This document shows, piece after piece, positions 1 to 52,292 of a stretch of 64,000 bases of DNA. Numbering within the stretch: the first letter of the stretch is position 1; every line of letters starts with the position of its first letter. A model generated the notes under the pieces. That model searched no databases. It was not told the origin of the DNA and saw only the letters and a list, made by a program, of their open reading frames with translations. Location: the NCBI RefSeq assembly GCF_006345805.1, contig NC_043012.1, forward strand, positions 55,986,001 to 56,050,000, read 5' to 3'. The translations under genes were made by a program, and so were the position numbers. Source of the stretch: Octopus sinensis (lineage: Eukaryota).

Positions 1-2743
1 CAACATGTTAATGATTCTGCCACCTCACTGCCTTTGACCTAACAAAAATAATAAATAGACACAGGAATGTTCCAGAAAACCAAAAGATAAGAATCTGTAA
101 ATATTGAGAGGGTATTTTCACACATCATTTGTTAACCTTCAACATCTTTGTTAGCCAAGGGCACTTTCAAGTAGGTTTTTCAAAATGTACCAAATTCTTG
201 TGTTAAACCTGACTTCATTTTTTTATTTTTATTTCAAACCATAAACAATAAAGATAACGATTTCAAAATTTTGGCTCAAGGCCAGCAATTTTTGGGGAGA
301 GGCTAAAGTCAATTAAATCAACCCCAAAAGGATGAAAGACAAAGTCGAGCCTGGCGGCATGTGAACCTAGAATGTAAAGACGAATGAAATGCCTCTAAGC
401 ATTTTGCCGGGAATGCTAATGATTCTGCCAACTCACTGCCTTAATGATAAAGATAATAATTTGTTACAGGCAACAGTATTAGATTAAAACAGTATCATAC
501 TAAATGCAAATACATCACAAAAGGGCAAAATAACTGCAGTATTTGTCTGGAGACAATATTTCTTATGGACATAATGCATTTAAAAACAAACGTATCAACA
601 GCTGACAAAAAAAAAATCATTCAACAGTGGTGATAATAATGAAAGTAAAGATAATTAACGCTAGTTAATGTGTAAAATATTTAATATGAATATTTATTTC
701 ACAGTTTGTTGAAGGCAGTAGATTCGTTGAAGAATAGAAAATAAAAATGATTATACCAGAATGTAGCCCTACAAATAATTTAAAGAAATTTGAATAAACA
801 GTGTTATACAAACTTTCAAACAACAATGTAAAACAAAATTAATGGAATTCTTATTCCATCTCATCTTTAGTCGATACATTAATAATTTATTACATAAGCT
901 TGCAACTCAAAATTTACAGGCGAAATAATGGAAAGCTGTGGTGTGTATGGCTTCCTAAGAGCATTAGTGCACAAATGAAAGCAATCTAAAGAATTTTTTT
1001 TTTAATGGCTCAGACTCCAATCCTGGCAAAATAAGCCCTGCAACCATCTACCTGTCAGAACTGATTAAATAATACAGAAAGTACTATGAGTTAAAACATA
1101 TCTACAGGCAAAAGAAAGTGCAGATTAGCAGGGAATGAAAATGCAAATCTTGATTGAAAAGCTGACGTTTGACACAATATAACAGCACTAAGGGAAATAA
1201 TTTTGTCATTCTAATTAATACAGCTAAATTTTAATCAGAAAATTCATCATAAGTGACAGAAGCCAAAAACTGATAACAATGACCTAAAATAGTTCTTAAG
1301 AAATTAACGGACATAGTTGATAACTTAGATAGTAAAAGAACCTTTTAAAAACCTCGTAAATTGAACCCTTAAAAGTAACACAAACATTGACTTAAATTAT
1401 ATCACCCAGTAGTCCTTATGCTCTAGTCTTCAATCCCTCACTCTTTAGATTACATCAGCCTATTAATTAATAATTTGAGAATGAATGTGTGTGTGTATAT
1501 ATGTGTGAGAGAGATTTTGTCTCCCTGTCTTGACATTTGTACAAGTGTCACCCTCATACATAAGTGTCCTTCATTCCCAATCTTCTGGCCTTACTTGGAA
1601 ACTGGTGAGGGTTGGCAACAGGAAGGGCGTCTGGCCATAGAAAACCCGCCTCAACAAATTTCCCCCAGTTTATGTGAGCATAGTAAAGTGGACATTAAAA
1701 CAATGATGATAATATAAAAATAGAAGGCTATCAGTCCTTTTTCATTTCAAAATAGTTTGAAATAGCATGTTCGTTTTTTTCTTTCATGTTAGTTGTGCAA
1801 CAGAAATGTAGAAATAACATCTCAAACAGCATTTTCTACCAATCCCAAGAGACATCAGGCAAATGAAATAAACATTGTTTTCTTGTACAAATATTTTCTG
1901 CTGTTTTCGCTTTCTTACAATGGTCTTTCAGAAAAGAAAGACCTTCACACTTTTATCTACCATTACTTACAGTCTGTCCTAACTATCAACTATGTCCCGT
2001 CACAAGCCAATAAAGGTGTCCCCTGCAGGCATTCAACTACATCGAAATAGCAGTGAAGTCTCCTTCAAATAGCCACTACCTTATCATTATTATTAATAAT
2101 AATCCTTTCTACTATTGGCACAAGGCCTGAAACTTTGAGGGAGGAGGATAGTTAATTACATCAACCCCAGTGTTCAATTCGTGCTTATTTTATCAACCCT
2201 GAAAGGATGAAAGGCAAAGTCGACCTCGGTGGAATTTGAACTCAGAACGTACAGATAGACAAAATGCATTTATCCTGGCATGCTAACGATTCTACCAGCT
2301 TGCTGCCTTAATAATAATAACAACAACAACAACACTAGACAATGCAATCTCTGGACTGGAATTTCTTGGGTTGTAGATCTACTCAATCAGAATTAAGCTA
2401 GAACTAAGCATTAAATATTCTAGTTTCATCGAAGCTGAAGGGCATAATGGACCATGTGACCAAGAAATAGGTCCCTTAATATTAAGCCTTTAGTTCTGGG
2501 TTCATTACTGCAGACTAATTACCATTCAACTGAAATTTATTCCCCAATATCAACAATGTTCCTAACATTGTTTCTCTCAGTAACAATGTCCATTTAAAAT
2601 TTATATTGGTAAAAAAAAAAAAGAAAAAAGGGATGCTGGTAGTTAATTCTGTAGAAAGCAAGAGATACCATCACTGTACAGGATGCAGATTGATTAAGGA
2701 TTGAGCCTGTATTAGTTAAAATGCACTTTCAGCCAAGACTTAC

Positions 2744-41519
<38,776 letters not shown>

Positions 41520-41559
41520 CTATAAAATAAAAAAAAATTTTAATATTTAAATATTATGA

Positions 41560-42290
41560 AAACAGGTTCTGAAAAACTGTTCCTTCTGGGGCTGATAGAA
41601 TAAGTACCAGTTGAATACCGGGGTCAATATAATCAACTAGCCCAATCCCCCAAAATTCTAAGCTATGTGCTCATAATAGAAAGAATTATTATTATTTGGC
41701 AAGCAGGCAGAATCGTTAGTACACCAGACAAAATGCTTAGCAGCATTCCATCTGCCTTTACGTTCTGAGTTCAAATTCTGCCAAGATCAACTTTGCTTTT
41801 CATCCTTTCGGGGTCGATAAATTAAGTACCAGTGAAATTCTGGGATTGATGTAATCGACTAGTCCCCCATCCCAAATTTCAGACTTTGTGTCTTTAATAG
41901 AAAGGATTATGAATTCAAATTTGGCCAAGGTCAACTTTGCCTTTCATCCTTTCAGGGTCAATAAATCAAATACCAGTGAAACACAGGGGTTGATGTAATC
42001 GACTAGTCCCCTCCCACCAAATTCCAGGACTTGTGCTTTTAGTAGAAAGGATTATTATTATTATTATTTGGCAAGCTGGCAGAATCGTCAACACACTGGA
42101 CAAAATGCGTAGCAGCATTCTGTCTCTCTTTATATTCTGAGTTCAAATTCCATGGTTGACATTGCCTTTCATCTTTTAATGGTCAATAAAATTAGTAGCA
42201 GTGGAGCACTGGGGGTCAACGTAATCGACTTTACCCACCACACCCAAAATTGCTAGCCCTGTGCCAAAATTTGACAACATCGTTTATGAT
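41560..42290 (+). mobile_element. Tandem cluster (about 4 whole/partial copies) of tRNA-derived SINE family B (Nin/Deu-domain-like)
   Basis: GGCAAGCTGGCAGAATCGT..GAGTTCAAATTC..GCCTTTCATCCTTTCGGGGTCGATAAATTAAGTACCAG. The central motif resembles the Nin/DeuSINE domain as I recall it. Confidence 0.88.
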
Positions 42291-42409
42291 ATAATATAGT
42301 CTTTTTGCTCCCTTATATTTTAACTATTGTATTTGAATATTTTGGCAAAGTACTTAGGGGAAAACTGCTTTATAGCCTTAATGTCTTCAGCAAGTTATTT
42401 AACTCCAGT

Positions 42410-42890
42410 AAATAGCTAGCAATTCTGCCAGCTCCCCACTGTCAATAATAATAATCCTTTTTACTACAGACACAAGGCCTGAAATTGGTCAGTTGCCTCA
42501 ACCCCAGGGCTAAATTGGTACTTTATTTCATCATCCCCGAAAATAAGAAAGGCAAAGTCGACCTTGGCAGAACTTGAACTCAGTGTTTCACTGGCACTTA
42601 AGTTATCAATCCTGAAAAGATGAAAGGCAAAGTCGACCTTGGCGTAATTTGAACTCAGAACAAAGATGGATGAAATACCACTAAGCATTTCAGCTGGCAT
42701 GCTAACAATTCTGCCAGCTCGCCGCCTTAATAATAATAATAATAATCCTTTCTAGTAAAGGAACAAGGCCTGGAATTTAGGGATAGAGGACAAGTTGATT
42801 ACATCAACCCCAGTGCTTAACTGCTACTTATTTGATCAACTCTGAACGGATGAAAGGCAAAGTTGACTTCAGAAGAATTTGAACTCGGTT
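42410..42890 (-). mobile_element. Tandem cluster (about 3 copies) of SINE family B, opposite orientation
   Basis: GGATGAAAGGCAAAGTCGACC..GAATTTGAACTCAG..CTGCCAGCTCGCC repeated. Further B copies at about 240-440(-), 2100-2310(-), 9040-9390(+), 11080-11520(+), 11925-12190(+), 25570-25770(+), 44060-44600(+), 49420-49860(-), 50460-50680(-). Confidence 0.88.
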
Positions 42891-43762
42891 TATAGAGAGT
42901 TGGAAGAAAACTGCAACACATTTTTCTCCAATTCACTCAAAACCTTGTCAGTCACCCATTCTCTGTTAGAACAGAATATAAACACTTAAACTGGTTTAAG
43001 ATTATAAAATAAATAAAAGACTTTATCAAGTTTTAAAAGATGACCCTTAGACATGTTAATCGTTTTTCTTGTCTTAATTAAAATACAGCAGTAATTGAAT
43101 AATTAATATGAATTTTATGTCAGAGAAAGTTCTAATTTCAAAATCATTTCCAGACAGTTTGTCACTGTACAAAAACAGGTTTATCTGTTTTCACCAAGAT
43201 AACTTAGAGATTAAGTATACCAACTTCTTTCTAGGACCACGTAAATGGTGCCAGGATGGCTGGTTAAATAAAAACACCAGCTGTAAACATGTCTCAGCAA
43301 GAGAGCCTTTATGTGGTTAACTGACCTGCTAGAAATAACAGCCAAATATTCCTCAAATAATGCCCTCATACCTCAAAAAAGAAAGGGATACAAGGTACTG
43401 TAATTTTAGGTAAGCAACGCTTGAGATAAGGAGTGAAGGTCATCGATGGAACGCTTTTGATCATAGATCATAGTTAACCTGGGACTCGACAATCAACACC
43501 TCTTAGGTCTATATTTACATATCCTACCAACTCTTCCCAGGATAGATAAAATGCATGTCAAAATAATAAATAAATATAAAAAAATGAACTGAAGTTATTG
43601 GCTAAGAAATGATAACGACAAACAGCCTCACTGAAATATATTTTGTAAGCCATCTGGATATTTGAATTAGATATCTTAAAATAGTTTAGTGACATTTCAG
43701 GAAATAAATCCTTCAAAATCATTCTCTTTATAAATTCTGTTCAAATTATGCATTAACAAAAA

Positions 43763-43798
<36 letters not shown>

Positions 43799-46255
43799 GT
43801 CAGCTTTTTATTGTCTGTACTCTAAAATGAGCTTTAATAGTTTTTTTGTTTGTTTGTTTGTTAATTCCATTACATTGTGAAATACAGAATAGAAACACAA
43901 ACAATAAAATGAGTTCAAGAGCAATGGGGAAGGACAGTTATTTTCGAATAAATAATACAACAAAGAACAAAGAACATAGTAGTTAATTCTTTGATGTGTT
44001 TTCGTTTTTGTTTTTTGGGTTTTTTTTTTGTTTTTTTAAACAAAGCAGCAAACTGGTATAGTCATTAAAGTCACTGAGCAGAATGCCTTGTGATGTTTGT
44101 TCCCACTCTGCAATCAGAGTTCAAATCCTGCTGAGACTAACCTTGTTTCCATTTTTCATTTGGCAGGGGGTACTGATGAAAAGAACCTACTCGAGGCAGA
44201 CAATTAACAGAAATTTAAGAATAACTGAATATCCAGTCAGATGCCTTACGGTATCTGTTCCAACTTTCTGTGCTCTCCAAGTTCAAATCCTGTTGAGGAC
44301 TTCGTTCTCATCCTCTCAGGGGTCGATAAATGATAAAAAGAGCCAACCCAAAGCAGACAATTGGCAGGAAAGTAAGAATATCAGATTGAATGCCTTGCAG
44401 TAATTTGTTCCAACTTTCTGATCTCTGAGTTCAAATCCCACACTTCAACTTCACTTTTTCGCCTTTTCCACCAACAGGTGGGGTGGGATGTGTGTCAACA
44501 ATAAAGTACCAACCCATGGCAGCAGATTGGCAGAACTGAAAAAAATGGCAGACCAGACACCTCGCAGTATTCAGTCTGGTTCTTTTGCATTCTAAGGTTA
44601 AATCCCACCACGACCATCACTCAGATAGTAACTTAACTGGTTGCCCACTTTAACAACAACACCCTGCCTGACACCTAGAGTGCTTTTGAACAGAATCCAC
44701 CCTGTTGCAAGCATTCAGGACGTGTTTCTGGTTCTAAGGATACCTCCCTCAATCACCCCACCTTCCACCAGTTTTGAAGACCCTGTAATGTGTCATGAGG
44801 GCACTGTTATCCCCACAAGATTAAAAGAAAAAAAAAAGACAATGTCACAGCAATGTATACAAGTTTAAACTGGGAATTGAAACTGAAACAGTTCTCCTGA
44901 AGAAGGAATCATTTGAGGCATTTAAGAAAACATACACACATAAAGGAAAATAAATATGTCCTATTTACTATATATTTACTGCTTCGTAGTTCTGTCTATT
45001 ATAGAGTGCCAAAAAGTTTTGTTGCTTGCACTCCTGTGACCTACTTTCTGACACAGATTTCACTGCATCTCTGGGATGCAGTGAAATAGTGTTAGCGATC
45101 AAATTGCAGACAAACGACAAATTATCTTTTTTTCTCTCTCTTTTTGACACTTTGCAAAAGTATGATGATGATGATGATATTAAGGAAAAGGTTAATGTAA
45201 TGGTATAAGCGTGTGTTTTAATTGGCTAAAATGACTTTTTCCGCAATGAGATATCCTTTAATATCTTACATGTACCTTTCAATAAAACACTATTTATTTA
45301 AGATTATAACTGTTTATATATGTTGATAAATGAAGATTTTTGCTTTTCCACCATAAATATTATCACATGATGAAGGGTAGCAAGCCAAAACTTCGAAGTC
45401 ACAATCACCCCCTTTTTTTTTGTAAAAATTTAATAAACATAAGCTGTACTAAAAGCAATGAGTAATAAATTCTTCAGTTTTAATGTTAAATTTTTATGTA
45501 TACAACTTGACACAACATATATATATATATATATATATAAGTCTGACGAAATGCCTATACAACTAAGCACTTTTTAGGTGCAAAACTAATATATATATTA
45601 GTGTTAATATGAGTGTGTATATATGTGCATGTGTAAGAAGTATCCATACATTAAAGGTTTACTCCGTGTATTGGGATAACTAACTTCTTTGTTTCATATA
45701 TTGACAAAAACAAAAGAAAAAACAGTACTGCATACATCAACTAACTATTATTATTATTATATTATTATTATTATTATTATTCAAAAAGACAAAATATCAA
45801 TGTTATAAAGGGAAACTCGGTGAAAGAACCCAAAGGAACAAGGGATATAATAAGTATATATATATGAAAGAAATAGGAGGAACAGAAATAAAAGATAAAT
45901 AATCTGAAATGCTAAAGACAGAAATAGTGTACATACGTAGGTTTAGCTTCTCGACCATCTGGATGAAATAACGTAACTGTTGCTATAATACAGCCGTGTG
46001 TAACTGGAGCAAACAAAAGGAAAAGAGAGAAAGAGAGAAAAACACATTAGTTCAAGATATAAAGTATTGAGGAGTTTGAAGGCTTTGTTTTGTTTTTTTT
46101 CGGGGTTTTTTTTTTCATTTTTACATGTGCGATACCCTAGATATTTAACGTGTCTTATCAGTAATGGGAATTTTTTTATTTTTCACATTAGAATAAAAAT
46201 GTTTATAAAGCATAAAATAAATTTATCTACCAACAGCCATGCCCTACATACATAT

Positions 46256-46321
<66 letters not shown>

Positions 46322-46403
46322 TATATATATATGTGTGTGTGTGTATGTGTGTGTGTGTGTAAAAATAGGAAAATAGGAATCAAAACATAAGTACATATCT
46401 ATA

Positions 46404-46669
46404 TTTTATTTAGTTGGTCGAAGTTACAAGGGCCAAAATTTCGAGCACTGATCTTATATATATATATATAATATATATATATATATGTAAATGTAATATG
46501 TGACAATTATTCGGTAGCTATGATAAAACTCCGAATTTCGGGGTGAAACTCGGAGTTTTATCATGGCTACCGAATAATTGTCACATATTACATTACATTT
46601 ACAGACAAATTCGTCTATTTACATAATATCGAGGTCTCTTTCATTCTTTTGTTGTCTTACAATTTCTAT

Positions 46670-46720
<51 letters not shown>

Positions 46721-46979
46721 TATATACATATACACATATATATATATATCACATATATATATACATATACACATATATATATATATATATACACATATAT
46801 ATATACATATATATATATATATACATATTATATATATATATACACATATATATATATATACACATATATATATATACACATATATATATACACATATATA
46901 TACATATATACATATATATAATCAGTGCTCGAAATTTTGGCCCTTGTATCATCGTGTAACTTCGACCAACTAAATAAAA
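46404..46979. repeat. Nested inverted-repeat element containing a 45-bp-arm palindrome
   Basis: Outer arms 46404-46452 / 46921-46979 are identical except for a 10-nt indel. Inner arms 46490-46534 / 46550-46594 differ at 1 position. (TA)/(CA) microsatellites lie between. Confidence 0.95.
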
Positions 46980-48687
46980 CGTAAACACACAGTCAAAACA
47001 ACTGTCACTATAGAAAAAAAAAAGCTACTATTAGTGGACAGAGAAGAATATTAGAGAAATTTTAAACAATCAGACACATTTAGAAAGAAAGAAAAAAAAA
47101 AAAAGGAAATTAAAAAATTACATGATTACCTTGTAAGTAAGTAAGGGGAAAATAATAATAATAATAATAAAGGCCAACAAAAACAAACAAACCAGAGTAG
47201 GGAACCCAGGCGATGATGAGCTCTCAACGAAGTAGTTTACAAGAGTGAAGTTGCAGGGAAGGAATTGGCCAGCTGAGAGTTTTGTTGTGGCTCACATGAT
47301 AAACATTCGTCTGAGCTGTGTGTTGGCTTGCTTTAAAAAAACCAGCAGCGAAGTAAAAAGTAGTACTTACTTACCATACAGGGAAAGCAACATATGACAA
47401 AACCCGGGGAAGGAGGTGGGGGAAGAAATAAATAGATAAATAAATAAATAAAAAGGAAAAACTTCCCACGTTGCACAGAACTCTGTCTCACAAATATTTA
47501 CATAAAAGCAGATATTAAAAAAAAAAACAATTAAAAATAGGAGTGAAAAAAAAAACAAACCAAAACAAAGAGGGAGTAAAACTTGGAAACTTTTAAATGT
47601 AGGAATGCACGTAATGAAATATTCAGGATAAATAACAAAAAAAAAAAAAAATTTTTTTAATCAGTTTTCTCTTTTTAAACAAATTGTGAAATTTCATCAC
47701 TGACTAGGGTCGTTTGTTGACAAGTTTATCATATACAGCACTAGGTAGAGTCAGGACTGAGCTACCAGTATAGATGTGAAGTGAAGAAATATGCCCAGAG
47801 CGTTGCCATGCAGTGTTTTCTTATAACCTCAGATGGACCAGTACCGCATGAATGAAAATTTCAAGCTAAAAACTGTACGGAAGCACATCATGCGTGTTTG
47901 AGTATATATTTGCATGTGTGTGTAATTTATACATACACATAACTAATGGACATCCATAAAAGTAAGTGTGTGTGTGTGGGAGTGAGAGAGAGAGATCTTT
48001 TACACGAAGACACAAAAGAATGTACATGACAACACTTTCAATCAGTTAAGATCAGAACCCATGAGAACCACTGCCTGGTACTGCGTCAGGGCGTTTCTTA
48101 TTATCGTTATTATTTAAAGTGACAAGCTGGCAGAATCAAGAGTGGCTGTGTGGTAAGTAGCTTGCTTAAGAACCACATGGTTCTAGGTTCAATCCCACTC
48201 TGTGTCACTTTGGGCAAGTGTCTTCTACTATAGCCTCGGGTTGACCACAGCCTTGTGAGTGGATTTGGTAGACGGAAACTGAAAGAAGCCCATCATATAT
48301 ATGTATGTATATAAGTATGTGTATGTGTGTGTACCCCCCAAAATCGCTTGACAACCGATGCTGGTGTGTTTACCCCCCCCCCCCCCGTAACTTAGCAGTT
48401 CAGCAAAAGGAACCGATAGAATAAGTACTAGGCTTACAAAGAATAAGTCCTGGGGTCGATTTGCTTGACTAAAGACGGTGCTCCAGCATGACCACAATTA
48501 AATAACTGAAACAAGTAAAAGAGTAAAAGAGGTGAAGGTTGACAGCAGGGAGGGCATCCTGCCATAGAAAACCTGCCTTGGTAATCTCTGTCCAACCCTA
48601 GCAAGCATGGGAAAGTAGACAATAAATCAATGATAACAGACAATATACATGACAGGTCACTATTACCTGTATTCTAATGCCCAACTG

Positions 48688-48724
<37 letters not shown>

Positions 48725-49865
48725 ACTCCCACCCACAAGACCTGATCTTAAGTCCTTGTCATTCAGTGCATGTTAAGTGTGCTGATTCTTAATCAGTTTC
48801 ATTGTTCCTGCATGCATGCATATATATATATACACACACACACAAGTTGTGCTGTTTATCTCATATTTCCTTCACAATAGGCACTGACAGGTTTATTACA
48901 AAAGTTGGTGGGCTGATAAGAACCTCAATACTAATTATAACTGCCAACTTCAAAACAAGTTCACATTTAGGCCTCTCTCTCATTTTTTTAAAAGTCTTTT
49001 CTTTTTCCAAATGTGTTACCTTTGTAAACACCATGTCTTTTTAAAAGAGGACAACCAGCTTTGACAATGAAACTTCAATTTCATACTTATTTAATGAGTA
49101 TAACTAATGCTGTAAAGTTGCTGGTAATTAGGAAGGGCTTCTAACAGTTATAAAGTTATAACACCTAAAAGACCAGGAGAAGGGGGGGGACCAAGGTGCA
49201 AATTGAGATGATGTAAAATAGAAAGGCCACTATAGTCTTATTGCAAACAATTTCTTCAGTGTCCAAGACATAAACCGTCAAAGATGGCTAATTCTGTGTG
49301 TGTGTGTGTGTCAGATATTGAAAGACTGTGAGGAGTGGCTAGAAACAGGGACCTGTCCAGATCTTGCTATAATAGAGAAAAATATTAACTAGAAACTGAA
49401 GGTTTCATAATTTTTCAAAGCCTGGATTGATTGAATAATAGCAGTTTCTAATTCAGGCACAAGACCAGTAATATTAAAGGAAAAGGAGTTAGTTGATATC
49501 ATAATTGACAATTTTATCAACCTTGGGTGGATGAGGGGCTAAGTTGACTTCAGCTGGATTTTTAGCTCAGAACATAAAACGTCAAAAGAAAGCACAATTT
49601 CTGATACACTTTTCCTGATATTCTAACAATTTTGCCATCTCACTACCTTAATGGTTTCTAATTTAGGCATGAGTTCATCAGGTTTGAGGAGAGGGGGTTT
49701 AGTGAATACTATCAACCCCAGTATGTGACTGGTATTTAATTTTATTGAACTCAAAAGGGTGAGAGGCAAAGGTGGCCTCAGTAGGATGTAAGCTCAGAAT
49801 ACAAAGAACCTGAAGGAATACAAGGCATTTTGCTTGGCACTAAAGATTCTGCCAAATTGTTCATA

Positions 49866-50286
49866 GGCATAGGAGTGACTGTGTGGTAAGTAGCTTGCTT
49901 ACCAACCACATGGTTCCGGGTTCAGTCCCACTGCATGGCACCTTGAGCAAGTACTTCTACTATAGCCTCGGGCTGACCAAAGCCTTGTGAGTGGATTTGG
50001 TAGACGGAAACAGAAAGAAGCCCGCCGTATATATGTATGTATGTGTGTGTGTGTGTGTGTGTATAAATGTGTGTATGTGTGTGTGTGTGTCTGTGTTTTG
50101 TCCCCCCAACATCACTTGACAACCGATGCTGGTGTGTTTATGTACCCCATAACTTAGTGGTTCAGCAAAGGAACTGATAAAATAAGTACTATGCTTACAA
50201 AGAATAAGTCCTGGGGTCGATTTGCTCGACTAAAGGCAGTGCTCCAGCATGGCCACAGTCAAATGACTGAAACAAGTAAAAGAGTA
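49866..50286 (+). mobile_element. tRNA-derived SINE family A, full-length (head + internal microsatellite + tail 1)
   Basis: A-box-like TGTGTGGTAAGTAG, B-box GGTTCAGTCCC, ..CCTTGAGCAAGT.., (TG)n, tail ending CAAGTAAAAGAGTA. Other copies (approx.): + 19310, 20666-21063, 48140-48531, 58380; - 6042-6412, 13490-13660, 25105-25485, 30941-31328, 40495-40950, 55985-56150. Confidence 0.9.
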
Positions 50287-50702
50287 GTTCCCAGTCCAGA
50301 ACTCCTCTAAAACAGACCAGGTAGCTTTGCCCTCACTGATGCATTAAGTTCCCCCAAGAATGTCATCACTCAATCTCTATATATTGCTCACATAAAACTT
50401 CCACCACATGCACTGATTGACTTGTAGAAGGTGGTGAGCACCAGATGATATTCCAGGTGCCAAGAATAATAATCATTTCTACTATGAGCGCAAGATCTGA
50501 AATTTGGGGGAGGGGGTTAATCAATGACGTTGACCCCAGAGCACAACTGGTACTTTATTTCATCAACCCCAGAAGGATGAAAGGTAAAGTCAACCATGGC
50601 TGAATTTGAACTCAGACCACAAAGATAGACAAAATGCTGCTAAGTATTTTGCCCAGCATGCTACCACTTCTGCCACCTTCCCAATAATAATAATAATAAT
50701 AA

Positions 50703-50890
50703 TACTCTTTTACTTGTTTCAGTCATTTGACTGTGGCCATGATGGAGCACTGCCTTTAGTCAAAGAAATCGACACCAGGACTATGTTAGCCTAGTACCTA
50801 TTCTATTGGTGCCTTTTGACAAACCACTAATTTACGGGGACGTAAACACATCAGTATCGGTTGTCAAGCGATGTTGGGAGACAAACACAA

Positions 50891-50922
<32 letters not shown>

Positions 50923-50925
50923 CAC
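50703..50925 (-). mobile_element. SINE family A 3' half (host of the RTE insertion)
   Basis: Reverse complement of tail 1; begins with (TG)n at the LINE 3' junction. Confidence 0.88.
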
Positions 50926-50929
50926 ATAT

Positions 50930-52225
50930 ATAGTTTGGTTTGGCATCCTTTCTGTCTCGGGAGACAATGGAGTTGCGCATTTTTTTTTTTTTTTTTTTTT
51001 CTAGGTCTAGTCTGGCTGTTATATTTTATTTCCTGTTACATTTCTTGCTGTGGCTGTGTAGTCCTATCCTGGACAAACACTCCCTCTGGCAGGTACTGCA
51101 AATGTAGCGAAGACTGTTCCTGGCTGGTGTAGTGCCATGGTCTCTTGTTTATGTCTCTTCCTTTCTTTCCATTTCTCCTCTCTCTTTCTGTCACTCCTCT
51201 GTATACCCTCTTTTACTGTACGTCGCCATTCTCCACGGTTGCCGGCGACTGCCTCCCAACCGCTAATGTTGATGTTGCAGGCCTTCATATCCCTTTTGCA
51301 AACATCCTTGTAACGTAAGATCGGTCTACCCACAGACCTAGTACCCCTAGCAAGCTCTCCGTAGAGTATGTCCTTGGGGATTCTGCCATCTTTCATACGG
51401 CTAACATGCCCAAGCCATCTCATACGTCTTTGTGTGAGGAGTGCAAACATGCTTGGTATTCCTGCTTGCCTGAGGACATCTTTGTTGGGGATATGATTCT
51501 GCCATTTGATGTGGAGGATTTTTCGGAGGCAGCGCAGGTGAAAGATGTTTAGGCGACGCTCTTGGCGTGTGTATAGCGTCCAGGTCTCGCTTCCATACAG
51601 TAGAGTGCTGAGTACACATGCCTGGTAGATCTTCATTTTTGTGGTCTTGGTCAGCTTATTGTTGTCCCAAGCCCGTTTGGAGAGTTGGGCCATCGCAGCA
51701 GCTGCCTTGCCAATGCGTATATTGAGCTCAGCGTCAAGGGATAGGTTGTAGGTGACAGTAGAGCCCAGATAGGTAAACTTCTTCACCTCTTGTAATCTGT
51801 GGTCTCCAATATGTATGTTTGAGATGTCCGATGTAGCCTGGCCCATGATGTTGGTCTTCTTAAGGCTGATAGCTAAGCCAAAGTCGTTACATGCTTGCTC
51901 AAAACAGTTAATGAACCTTTGGAGGGCTTCTTCTGTGTGTGTTACCAGAGCGGCATCATCAGCAAATAACATCTCCTTGATCAGGACGTTTCTGATTTTG
52001 GTCTTGGCACGCAGGCGCGAGAGATTGAACAGTTTCCCGTCACTTCTACTGTGCAGAAACACTCCATCATCTGATGTCTGAAAGGCATGTGACAGCAAGA
52101 GTGAGAAGAAGATGCCAAACAATGTAGGAGCGAGGACACAGCCTTGCTTACCCCGTTTTTTATTTGGAAGGCGGCTGATGTTGAACCGTTGTGCTGTATG
52201 GTGCCTTGCATGTCATCATGGAAAG

Positions 52226-52228
<3 letters not shown>
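50930..52228 (-). mobile_element. 5'-truncated RTE (BovB-like) LINE: RT domain to 3' end, two frameshifts
   Basis: ORF 51064-52122 has EMLFADDAAL, FTYLGS, LLYGSETW, MRWLGHV. The upstream frame SFHDDMQGTIQHNG..GV[K]QGCVLAPTLF is shifted near 52149. The C-terminal YICSTCQRECLSRIGLHSHSKKC is in another frame near 51110. RTE-type 3' end ccattgtctcccgagacagaaaggatgcc. Confidence 0.95.
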
Positions 52229-52291
<63 letters not shown>

Positions 52292-52292
<1 letters not shown>

